DNA from: Deinococcaceae bacterium
GTDB lineage: Bacteria > Deinococcota > Deinococci > Deinococcales > Trueperaceae
DNA length: 10,968 nt
NCBI GenBank assembly: GCA_040256005.1
Contig: JBDZWC010000100.1
Coordinates: forward strand, 1-10,968
Reading direction: 5' to 3'
The notes beneath the pieces are model-generated. The model worked only from the letters and a program-made list of their open reading frames with translations. It ran no database searches and was not told where the DNA came from. The position numbers and the translations under genes were made by a program. This document shows positions 1-7,914 of this stretch, one piece after another; positions within the stretch are counted from its first letter, which is position 1; each line of letters starts with the position of its first letter.

Positions 1-2
1 TC

Positions 3-1391
3 TCAGCTGAAGCTGCGACGCGTCATCGCGCCCCACTTGCCACGCTTGCTCCTGACACCGAACGTCGCGACAAGTCGGACGAACGCCAGCCATGGCCGGT
101 ACCAGAAGCTCTCGGTAATGACCGCGTTCAGCAGCCTGAACCTGTCGATCGCGCGGCGCGGCGAGTGCGGCAGGACCACGTCGAGGGCCGTCGTGCCGAG
201 GCTCACCAGCACACCGTACAGAAGCGCCAGCGCGAAGAACGCCGAGGCGAAGGCCACGTCGAGGTGACCGAGGACGGCGAGGACGGCGACGAGCAGGTAG
301 CCGGCGACCTCGAAGACGGGCGAGAGCCCCTCCACGAACCACATGTAAGGCAGCGCCACCAGCCCGATGCGGCCGTAGCGGGGGTTGAAGAGCATGTCAC
401 GGTGCGCCCATAGGACCTCCCACAGGCCCCGATGCCAGCGATCGCGCTGGTTGCGCAGTATCCGTGGCTCCTCGGGCACCTGTGTCCAGCACACGGGGTC
501 GACCAGGTACTCGATGCGGTAAGGCTCTCCCCTGTCCCTGAAGTGCCTGTGCAGCCTGACTGTGAGCTCGAAGTCCTCGCCCACCGTATCGGTGCGGTAG
601 CCGCCGACGGCGATCAGCGCGCTGCGCCGGAACAACCCGAACGCGCCTGAGACCAGGATCATGCACCGCAGGTGGCTCATGGCGACCCGTGCTGCGGTGA
701 AGGCCCTTACGTACTCGAGCTGCTGCCAACGCGCCAGGAAGTTGCGTGGCGTGCGGGCGAGGCGCACGCTGCCGCCGGTGACGACGGCGTCGTTCACGAG
801 CCGGATCGAGCCGCCGAGCGCCACCAGACTGGGGTCGTCGAGGAAGCGCGTGCCGGCCAGAAGCAACGCCTCGGGGTCCACGAGGCTGTCGGCGTCGATC
901 ACCACGACGATGGGGTACCTGGCCTGCTCCAGCCCGGCGTTGAGGGCGTCGGCGCGACCGCCGTTCTCCTTCTCGACGACAGTCAACGCCGGATGAGAGG
1001 CGCTGCGCCACGTGCCGATGACCGGGGCGTGCTGGGTGAACCGCCGGGGGCTCGCGACGGTCGGGAGCAGGTCGAACGCCTCGCCCAGGACCCGCATGGT
1101 GCCGTCCTTGGAGCCGTCGTTGACGACGACAAGCTCGAACTCGGGGTAGTGCATCGAGAGGAGGCTGCGAACGCTGCCCACGATCGTCGCCTCCTCGTTG
1201 TAGGCGGGAACTACGAAGCTGACCGGGAGGTACGTAGCGGCCCTCGTGAGCGCCGTCTCCTCCAGCTCCGAGGCCCTTCTGTCCCGCATGAGCAGCGCGC
1301 GCGACGCCAACACCAGACCGCCGATCTGCGCCCCGTTGATCACCGCGAAGGCGGCCAGGACGACGAGTTGGAAGGCGTCGATGACGTTCAT
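3..1391 (-). CDS. Processive family 2 glycosyltransferase (PgaC/IcaA/cellulose-synthase-like), membrane-bound, 462 aa
   Basis: C-terminal part of track ORF 3..2540. The likely start is ATG at 1391 (MNVIDAFQLVVLAAF), which overlaps the upstream stop as ATGA. Motifs: VPAYNEE, VVNDGSKD, KENGGRADALNAG, IDADS (DxD, 885-896), GED and QRDRW (QxxRW, 435-449). There is one N-terminal hydrophobic helix and several C-terminal ones. Confidence 0.92.
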   Translation of the reverse strand: MNVIDAFQLVVLAAFAVINGAQIGGLVLASRALLMRDRRASELEETALTRAATYLPVSFVVPAYNEEATIVGSVRSLLSMHYPEFELVVVNDGSKDGTMRVLGEAFDLLPTVASPRRFTQHAPVIGTWRSASHPALTVVEKENGGRADALNAGLEQARYPIVVVIDADSLVDPEALLLAGTRFLDDPSLVALGGSIRLVNDAVVTGGSVRLARTPRNFLARWQQLEYVRAFTAARVAMSHLRCMILVSGAFGLFRRSALIAVGGYRTDTVGEDFELTVRLHRHFRDRGEPYRIEYLVDPVCWTQVPEEPRILRNQRDRWHRGLWEVLWAHRDMLFNPRYGRIGLVALPYMWFVEGLSPVFEVAGYLLVAVLAVLGHLDVAFASAFFALALLYGVLVSLGTTALDVVLPHSPRRAIDRFRLLNAVITESFWYRPWLAFVRLVATFGVRSKRGKWGAMTRRSFS

Positions 1392-2659
1392 GACGCCGGC
1401 TCGATCGCGCCCGTGAGCGTGAGGAGCGTCACCGGCCTGGCCGGGGCCTTCGCCGGTGGCTCGAGCGGTGTGCGAGCCATTGCCAAGGTGATCTCCGCGA
1501 CGTCCTTGGCGAACCTGTCTGGGTGCGAGTCGGCGGCCTCGCGCAGCGCCCTCTCGCCCGGGGCGCCGCTGCGCGCCAACGCCTGCGCCGCGGCACGGCG
1601 CACGTCCCACGTGCGGTCGCCAAGCAGCGTCCACAGCGCTCGTACGGCTACGTGGGGCGGCAGCCACACGAGCGCGTACGCGGCCTGCACCCTGGTGCCC
1701 ACGTGCGCTGCACTGGCCGCCTCCAGCACTGCGGCGTGGGCCCGCTCTGGCACGTGCCCGACGCGCGCCAGGGCTCGCAGCGCCGCTGCTACGGTCTCGT
1801 CCTCCACCGCGCCGAGGAGGGCTTCGGTCGCCAGTTCCAGCGCCTCCGGGCGGTGCGACAGCCCGATCGCCTCCAGTGCGGCCACGTGGGCCACCTCCGG
1901 TTGGCCGCGCCGCAACAGCCGTCCACACAACCACGCCAGGTGGTCGCCGGCGGCCATCAACACGGTCGAAAGGAACGTGCGCGTGCCGGCAGGGTCCCTC
2001 ATCGCGCTCAGGTGCGCCTCTATGGCGGCCACCAGTTCCGGTCCCACCGGCTCGGGGTGTGACCGCTCGGCCAACACCCTCGTCATCCCCAGCAGCGCGG
2101 CTCGAGCGCTCCTGAGGTCGCTCCCGCGCGCCGCGCGTGCGAACAGAGACAGGGCGTCCGGCGTCGCGATCCAAGCCAGGCGCTCCAGGGCGGCCGTCGA
2201 ACCGCTGCGTGGCACACCGATGCCTCTGGCTGCGGCGGCGAGTTCTGCCTCGAGGACGCCGCTGGTATGGAGGCCGGACCTGACGCGCTCGACGCCCTCC
2301 CCCGTCAGTTGCTGGATGACCCGGGCAGCGGCCTCGGAAGCGGTCGTCCTCGCCTCGGGCGGCACGACGGGGACGTCGCCACCGGCCGCCACACCGCCCC
2401 AGGCCCGCGTCCACCCGGCGACGAGGCGCTCGCGGCGTCGCGCTACCTCCTGGCGGTAGGCGACGAGAGCGAGGTGAACGAGAGCGACGGTTCCCAACGC
2501 CACGCCTGCCACGGTCAGCGCGAGTACCAGCGATCGCCACGCGTTCACCGTGCCCTGGCCCGTCACGAACCAGGCGAGCATCGCGAACATCGTTACGCTC
2601 ACCGCGGCCGCCACGATAAGGATGGCCACGAACAACGACGCCAGCCCGGCGCCGCGCAT
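1388..2659 (-). CDS. Membrane-anchored HEAT/PBS-lyase-like repeat protein, 423 aa
   Basis: Two N-terminal hydrophobic segments are followed by Ala/Leu-rich helical repeats: ETVAAALRALARVG, GTRVQAAYALVWL, LLGDRTWDVRRAAAQALARSG, DRFAKDVAEITL. Its start overlaps the upstream stop (TGATG) and its stop overlaps the GT2 start (ATGA). Confidence 0.82.
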   Translation of the reverse strand: MRGAGLASLFVAILIVAAAVSVTMFAMLAWFVTGQGTVNAWRSLVLALTVAGVALGTVALVHLALVAYRQEVARRRERLVAGWTRAWGGVAAGGDVPVVPPEARTTASEAAARVIQQLTGEGVERVRSGLHTSGVLEAELAAAARGIGVPRSGSTAALERLAWIATPDALSLFARAARGSDLRSARAALLGMTRVLAERSHPEPVGPELVAAIEAHLSAMRDPAGTRTFLSTVLMAAGDHLAWLCGRLLRRGQPEVAHVAALEAIGLSHRPEALELATEALLGAVEDETVAAALRALARVGHVPERAHAAVLEAASAAHVGTRVQAAYALVWLPPHVAVRALWTLLGDRTWDVRRAAAQALARSGAPGERALREAADSHPDRFAKDVAEITLAMARTPLEPPAKAPARPVTLLTLTGAIEPAS

Positions 2660-3174
2660 CAGCCGCTGTCTGGTCCGGCGATGTGCGCCGCCATCGCGTG
2701 GCCCTCGGGCAGTAGCAACACGACCCGCTCCGGCCGCGCCGCGCGAGCCACGCGCTCCACGCGAGCGAGCAGGCTCCTCAGGTCGAACGGCTTGGGCACT
2801 ACGTCACCGGCGCCTACGGCGAACGCCAGCTCCACCTGGTCGGGCCCGGCAGCGTTGCTAACCACGACGACGGCCGCCCCTGCGGACGCGAACTCTCTGA
2901 CGTGGTGTAGGCCGTTGCCGTCAGGCAGATGGATGTCGAGCAGCACGGCGTCAGGCGCCGGGCCGTCCGCCAGCGCCGCGCGGGCGCCGGTCAGGTCCTC
3001 GAACGTCGAGACACGCCACCCCGCGCGCTCGAAGACGCTCCTCGCCAGGACCAGGATCGCCTCCGTGTCATCCACGACCCAGAGCGTGCCCGTTGCCGTC
3101 TGCCTATCGAGGGTGTCGTCACCCTCCCCCACCCCGCTCGCGCCCTCAACGGGCGGTGCGAACGCATTGTGCAT
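2659..3174 (-). CDS. Stand-alone response regulator receiver (CheY-like) protein, 171 aa
   Basis: Receiver motifs are present: LWVVDD (acidic pocket), PDAVLLDIHLPDGNG (phosphoacceptor Asp), VVVVS (switch Ser) and GAGDVVPKPF (conserved Lys-Pro). Only about 30 residues follow, so there is no output domain. A TAGAGT hexamer 6 nt upstream supports the ATG at 3174; GTG at 3132 is an alternative start. Confidence 0.9.
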   Translation of the reverse strand: MHNAFAPPVEGASGVGEGDDTLDRQTATGTLWVVDDTEAILVLARSVFERAGWRVSTFEDLTGARAALADGPAPDAVLLDIHLPDGNGLHHVREFASAGAAVVVVSNAAGPDQVELAFAVGAGDVVPKPFDLRSLLARVERVARAARPERVVLLLPEGHAMAAHIAGPDSG

Positions 3175-3180
3175 GGCGGC

Positions 3181-3186
3181 ACTCTA
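3181..3186 (-). promoter_or_regulatory. -10 element (TAGAGT) of a probable leaderless promoter for the receiver-HEAT-GT2 operon
   Basis: The minus strand reads TAGAGT-gccgcc-ATG, a TAnnnT hexamer 6 nt before the start codon, with no Shine-Dalgarno sequence. Confidence 0.65.
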
Positions 3187-3242
3187 TGTAGGGATACGCG
3201 CTCAGGACGAGACCTAATGCACATGACGGGCGCGGCTCGAGG

Positions 3243-3956
3243 TCAGGTAGCGACCCCGAAACGTAGGACGTGTCCAGCTTCGATGAGCCTCGACTCCCTG
3301 ACGCCCTCCAGGTCTTCCACCTCGACGACCAGGGCTCCCTGTGCGCTCACGCCGCGAGCATGGCCGGTAACGCGGCCGCGCTCCTCGGCAGGGTCGCCGA
3401 TCGAGACGACGACGCTCCTGCCGGCCAGGAAGTCCACGGCAGCGAACGCTTCCTTGACCGCCGGCCCCCCGGCCCTGGCCAGCTCGAGCCCTTCGGCCAG
3501 GCCAGCCAGCACCGCGTCGCTCACCGCTCCCACGGACTGGCCCTCCAGGCGGGCGGCTTCCACGCCGACGGGGTTCGTGACGTTCACCCCCACGCCGGCG
3601 ATCACCTGGCCCGACACGACCTCCGTCAGGATGCCGCCCAGCTTGCCCTCGCGAAGGTACAGGTCGTTCGGCCACTTGACAAGCACCTTGGGCGCACCCG
3701 GGAGAGCTGTCAGCGACCGCGCGACACCCAACCCCAACGCCAAGGTCAACCAAGGCCAGGTCTCCTGCCCGAGGCCGACGGACTGGTAGCTGCCCCCTGG
3801 CGGAGACGACCAGGCCGTGCCTCGCCTGCCTTTGCCGGCCACCTGGGCCCCGGCGCGGAGACAGAGCCCCGAGACGTCTTCCCCCGCCTCGACGCGGGTG
3901 CGCATCTCATCCTGGGTCGAGCCCACCTGTCCCAGGTTCACGATCCGGAACGTCAT
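3243..3956 (-). CDS. birA: Biotin--[acetyl-CoA-carboxylase] ligase, class I (no N-terminal HTH), 237 aa
   Basis: Motifs: GSTQD, AQVAGKGRRGTAWSSP (GRGRxG-type biotin-binding loop), VKWPNDL, KLGGILTE, GVGVNV and a C-terminal GVSAQGALVV. The protein begins directly at the catalytic domain. Confidence 0.92.
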   Translation of the reverse strand: MTFRIVNLGQVGSTQDEMRTRVEAGEDVSGLCLRAGAQVAGKGRRGTAWSSPPGGSYQSVGLGQETWPWLTLALGLGVARSLTALPGAPKVLVKWPNDLYLREGKLGGILTEVVSGQVIAGVGVNVTNPVGVEAARLEGQSVGAVSDAVLAGLAEGLELARAGGPAVKEAFAAVDFLAGRSVVVSIGDPAEERGRVTGHARGVSAQGALVVEVEDLEGVRESRLIEAGHVLRFGVAT

Positions 3957-3962
3957 GCGGGT

Positions 3963-6900
3963 TCAGTCTGCAGCGACCGCGGCGTCCTGGCCGGCGAGGG
4001 CGTCGGCGTCCTCGGGACGCCTGACGCTGAACACGCGGCTCACGCCGCGCTCGGTCGTCACGCCCCACAGTGTGTCGGCCACCTCGAACGTCGCCTTCTG
4101 GTGGGTGATCAGGACGAACTGCGTGCCATGCCGAGCCAGCCGCGTCACGAACGTGCCGAACCGCCTTATGTTGGCCTCGTCGAGCGGCGCGTCCACCTCG
4201 TCGAGCACGGCCACGGACAGGCCGGTGCCGCCTCCGTCACCCATAAGGGCGAAGAGGAACGCCAGGGCTCCCATCGTCCGTTCGCCCACGGATAGCAGAT
4301 GCAGTGACTGGGTCTGCTTGCCGGGAGGTTGCAGCCTTATGCGCACGCCGGTGGGGCGTCTGCCATCGGTGTCCACCTCGATCGCGCCGCGACCGTCCTC
4401 CCCGAACAGGTGCTGCACGTGCCTGCCGAACGACGACCTGAGCCGTTCCAGGGCGGCGTCGAGCAGCTGGGCGGTCTCCTTGTCGATGCGCTCCAGCGCC
4501 GTCTGCAGCTCGGCCACGGCCAGGGTCGCCTGCACGGCCTCTACCTCGAGCGTCTCCCGCCTGGCACTGACCTCCTCCAGCTCGCCCGCGGCGCGGTGGT
4601 TCACGGCACCCAGCGCCTCGAGCGCCTCGGTGGCCTCCCGCAGCCGCTGCCGAGCGGTGCGCTCAGACATCTCGAGGCGTGACACGCCCGCCGGGAAGCC
4701 GTTGAGCTCCTCGCTCACCATCTCCAGCGAAGTCTCGCGGCGCGCGGCCAGCACCTTCGAGTCCTCGATCGCCTGAGCGATCGCCGCCTGCTCGTCCGAC
4801 CGGCGTGCGAGCTCCTCTTCGTGCTCCATGACCACCCCGCGGGTGCGGACGACGTCCTGCTCTTCGCCTTCCACCCCGGCCGGGAGCTCTTCCTTGGCTC
4901 GCTCCAGTCGCTCGAGCGCGGCGCTCAGGTCGCCGTGCGCGGCCGCTTCCTGTTCCTCGACGATCTCGAGCTCGCTCTGGATCTCCGCCAGTCGCGCCCG
5001 CGCCTGTTCCAGCCGCTTCAGTCCGGCGGCGTGAGCGGCCCAGCGCTCGGCCAGGAGCTCGCGCTCGTGGCCGGCCCTCGTGACCGCTTCTTGAACGCGC
5101 GAGTGCGCTTCTCTCGCCGCTTCGAACCTCCGGCTGGCGCTCTCGAACTGGGCTGCGACATCCTCCACGGAGGGGCCGTGCTGGGCCTCGTCTGGTTGGT
5201 CAGCCAGCGCCGCCTGCGCTCGCAACGTGGCGAGGCTCTCCCGGGTGGCCGCCAGCCGCTCCTCGAGCTCGAGACGCAGCCGCTCGTTGGCCGCGCGCCC
5301 CTCCCGGGCCCGGTTGTTGGCGTCCTCTGCCTTCTGGGCCTCCTCGGTAGCGACCCTCAACGCTTCCTGTCGGGCGCGTACGTCCCGACGCGCCTCCTCC
5401 AGCTCGCTGAGTGCGGCCTCGGCGGCGATACCGGCCTCCTCCGCCGCGGCCTCCGCCGCCTCGAGGTCGGCGCCCAGGCCCAGGACGGTGCTCTGGCCGG
5501 AGCGCTTGCCGCCGCTCATGGCCCCGGTCGTCTCGAGGAGGTCGCCGTCCAGCGTCACCAGCCGTGGTCTGCTCGCCCGGCCGCGGGCGATCGCTGTCGC
5601 CACGTCCAGGTCTGCGACCACGAGCGTGTTGCCCAGGAGCAGGTCGCGGACGGCGGAGAAGCGCGGTTCGACCTCGACGAGCTCCGTGGCGGCGCCAACG
5701 GCGCCGGCCGAGGCCAGGTCCGCTGGATCCAGGCGGCCGAAGGCGGGCCTGACGAGGTCGAGGGGCAGCACGGTCACGTAGCCGCCGCTGCTCTTCACGT
5801 GTGCGATGACGGCTTGGCCGGTGGCAGCGTCCTCGACGACCACGTACTCGGACCGCCGGCCCAACGCTGCGGCTATGGCCTGTTGGTGCTCGGGACGCAC
5901 GCGCAGCAGGTCGGCCACCGAGCCCACGACGCCGCGTATCCCCGACGCGAGTGCGGTGCGCGGGCCCTGCGCGTACCCGCGCCTGGCCTCGTAGGCAGCC
6001 CGCAGACGCTCCGCCGCCCGCTTCGTCGCCATGGCTTCGGCGGCCGCCAGTGCCTGCTGCTCGTGCACGGTGGCGAGCGCCTGCCTGGCATGCTCTAGGG
6101 CGGACGCGGCCCGCTCCCTCGCCTCGCGCGCGGTCTCGGCTGCCGCGGCCAGCGTCGCCGGGTCGTCGGCCGCGAGGCCGCTCGCGGCCTCGGCCAGCCT
6201 AGTGGCAAGCTCTGACTCCTGTTGTTCCAACGCGGAGATCCGAGCGCCGAGCGCCGCCGCGTCGCGTTGGCTGGCAGACTCCCGCTCACGCGCCGCGGTG
6301 AGCTGTGCCGCGACCTCGTCCAGACGGGCCCCCGCCTCCCGGGCTGCGGTCGAGGCCGCTTCCAGCTCGGCTGCCAGAGCCTTCAGTCGTTCATCTGCGG
6401 AAGCCACCGTCTCGTCCGGTGCCTCCGGTGCCGTGGCGTCCTGCAAACGGCCCGCCTCGGCCGTCAGGTCCGAGGCCCGCTGCTGCAGCCCGCTACTCCT
6501 GGCGCGCAGGCCGTTGACCCGCTCCTCGGCTACCCGCAGGTCGCCACGCTTTGCCTCGAGGTCGGCGGCCGCCGCGCGAAGGCGCTCTTGAGCTCTGTCG
6601 TGGTCGCGCTTCGCGGCGTCGAGCGCGCTACGGAGCTGAGCCAGGGCAGCCCGACCTTCCGCCAGCCTCTGCTCGTTGGCCCCTCGCTCTTCGTGGAGCG
6701 AGCGCAGCTCGGCCTGCAGCGACTCGTGCCTGAGGAGCGCCGCCGTGTAGCGCAGCTGCAGGGACTCTGCCGTCAGCTCGGCGTGCCGCTTGGCGTCCCT
6801 GGCCTCCTCGGTCAGCACCTGCTCCCTCTCGAGCAGCGTGGCGAGCAGCTCCTGCAGCCGTTCGAGGTGCCTGTCTGCCGCGGCCAGCCTGTCCGCGGCC

Positions 6901-7406
6901 TGGTCGCGCCGGGTCGCCAAGCGGGCGGCGCCCGCGGCCTCCGAGACGTACTCCAGGAGGCGCTCGGGGTCCGCCATGAGCACCTCGCTGACCTCGCCCT
7001 GGCCGATCACCGCCAGGCCGGAGCGGCCGAGGCCGGAGCCGGCCAGCGCCTCTTCGACGTCCAAGAAGCGGGCGCTCCTGCCGTTGAGACGCAGACGCGT
7101 GGTGCCCTCGCGGTCGAGGCTGCGCCACACCTTCACGGAGCCCGACCTGCCCGTCAGCTCGACCTCGACCTCGGCGAGGCCGACCGAGCGCTTGCCGGTG
7201 GCGCCGTGGAAGATGAGGTCGGTCTTGTCTTCGGCCCTGAACGCAGCCGCCCTGCCGCCGCCGGTGGTCCAACGGAGCGCGTCGATGATGTTGGACTTAC
7301 CGGATCCGTTCGGGCCGATGATCGCGGTGACGCCCGGGGCGAACTCGATCGTCGTGCGGTCCCCGAAGCTCTTGAAGCCCTGCAGGGTCAGCGACGCGAT
7401 CCGCAC
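3963..7406 (-). CDS. smc: Chromosome segregation protein SMC, 1147 aa
   Basis: N-terminal LQGFKSF, Walker A GPNGSGKSN and Q-loop VIGQGEV. Two long coiled coils flank a hinge containing GVVGSVADLL and G-x6-G-x3-GG (GDLLETTGAMSGG). The C-terminus has signature LSVGE, Walker B/D-loop VLDEVDAPLDE and H-loop ITHQ. GTG start. Confidence 0.96.
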   Translation of the reverse strand: MRIASLTLQGFKSFGDRTTIEFAPGVTAIIGPNGSGKSNIIDALRWTTGGGRAAAFRAEDKTDLIFHGATGKRSVGLAEVEVELTGRSGSVKVWRSLDREGTTRLRLNGRSARFLDVEEALAGSGLGRSGLAVIGQGEVSEVLMADPERLLEYVSEAAGAARLATRRDQAADRLAAADRHLERLQELLATLLEREQVLTEEARDAKRHAELTAESLQLRYTAALLRHESLQAELRSLHEERGANEQRLAEGRAALAQLRSALDAAKRDHDRAQERLRAAAADLEAKRGDLRVAEERVNGLRARSSGLQQRASDLTAEAGRLQDATAPEAPDETVASADERLKALAAELEAASTAAREAGARLDEVAAQLTAARERESASQRDAAALGARISALEQQESELATRLAEAASGLAADDPATLAAAAETAREARERAASALEHARQALATVHEQQALAAAEAMATKRAAERLRAAYEARRGYAQGPRTALASGIRGVVGSVADLLRVRPEHQQAIAAALGRRSEYVVVEDAATGQAVIAHVKSSGGYVTVLPLDLVRPAFGRLDPADLASAGAVGAATELVEVEPRFSAVRDLLLGNTLVVADLDVATAIARGRASRPRLVTLDGDLLETTGAMSGGKRSGQSTVLGLGADLEAAEAAAEEAGIAAEAALSELEEARRDVRARQEALRVATEEAQKAEDANNRAREGRAANERLRLELEERLAATRESLATLRAQAALADQPDEAQHGPSVEDVAAQFESASRRFEAAREAHSRVQEAVTRAGHERELLAERWAAHAAGLKRLEQARARLAEIQSELEIVEEQEAAAHGDLSAALERLERAKEELPAGVEGEEQDVVRTRGVVMEHEEELARRSDEQAAIAQAIEDSKVLAARRETSLEMVSEELNGFPAGVSRLEMSERTARQRLREATEALEALGAVNHRAAGELEEVSARRETLEVEAVQATLAVAELQTALERIDKETAQLLDAALERLRSSFGRHVQHLFGEDGRGAIEVDTDGRRPTGVRIRLQPPGKQTQSLHLLSVGERTMGALAFLFALMGDGGGTGLSVAVLDEVDAPLDEANIRRFGTFVTRLARHGTQFVLITHQKATFEVADTLWGVTTERGVSRVFSVRRPEDADALAGQDAAVAAD

Positions 7407-7411
7407 ACCGC

Positions 7412-7417
7412 AAGATA
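7412..7417 (-). promoter_or_regulatory. -10 element (TATCTT) of a probable leaderless smc promoter
   Basis: The minus strand reads TATCTT-gcggt-GTG (5 nt spacing), with no Shine-Dalgarno sequence before the GTG. Confidence 0.55.
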
Positions 7418-7452
7418 ACCCGCTTGCCAGCGGGACGCTCAGGGGCCGGCGG

Positions 7453-7914
7453 TCAGTCCTCCGCCGCTACCTCGCCCGTGTCCTGCTCCTCGCCTCGCTC
7501 CTCGTCTTGCTCCTCGTACGAGGGCAGGCTCCTGAGTCTCGCGTGCTGCAGCTTGCCGCCCAGCTGCCCCTGCAGCTCGGTGATCCTGTGCTCCATGTTG
7601 CGTTGCAGCTGGTCCAGCCGCTGCCGGAGCCTGATGATCTCCTCGACCCCCGCCAGGTTCACGCCCAGCTCCTGCGTCAGGCGCCTTATCTCCCGCAACT
7701 GCTCGATGTTGCGCTGCGAGTAGAGCCGGGTCTTGCCGCTGCTGCGGCTGGGTTCGATGAGGCCCTTGCGCTCGTAGAGGCGCAACGTCTGTGGGTGCAT
7801 ATCGACCAGCTCGGCCGCCACGCTTATCACGTAGAGCGGCTTGTCCTGATCGATCTCCCTATCCTGGTGGCGCTCCTCCTTGGGCTCGCTCGGATCGTCG
7901 CGACGGTCCTTCAA
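7453..7914 (-). CDS. hspR: MerR-family heat-shock transcriptional repressor HspR, 153 aa
   Basis: [41 protein letters not shown] and [15 protein letters not shown] are typical HspR sequences. The gene lies directly downstream of a dnaJ-family gene. The TTG start overlaps that stop (TTGA), with GGAGG at 7921-7925. Confidence 0.9.
   Translation of the reverse strand: MKDRRDDPSEPKEERHQDREIDQDKPLYVISVAAELVDMHPQTLRLYERKGLIEPSRSSGKTRLYSQRNIEQLREIRRLTQELGVNLAGVEEIIRLRQRLDQLQRNMEHRITELQGQLGGKLQHARLRSLPSYEEQDEERGEEQDTGEVAAED

Noticed and set aside
1392..2540. 383-codon N-terminal extension of the GT2 in the 845-aa track ORF, suggesting a fusion or frameshift product
   Set aside because: The extension is Arg/Gly/Pro-rich off-frame translation of the HEAT gene. 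The ATGA overlap at 1388-1391 gives a natural start, and I see no slippery site.
3186..3206. CCTGAGCGC on the minus strand upstream of the receiver gene, identical to the start of the HAIR site
   Set aside because: The second half-site at 7-nt spacing (CCTACAT) matches ACTCAAG at only 3/7 positions, so it is not a credible HAIR.
3168..3223. 7-bp inverted repeat (TGTGCAT 3168-3174 / ATGCACA 3217-3223) flanking the GT2-operon promoter, suggesting an invertible phase-variable promoter
   Set aside because: The arms are short enough to arise by chance and there is no recombinase in the window. Reads showing both orientations would be needed.
3963..7406. SMC-like ATPase as part of a defence system (Wadjet JetC/MksB) or as SbcC/RecN
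   Set aside because: It has a canonical SMC hinge and length, no central zinc-hook CxxC, and no jet/mks or sbcD neighbours. It is housekeeping SMC.
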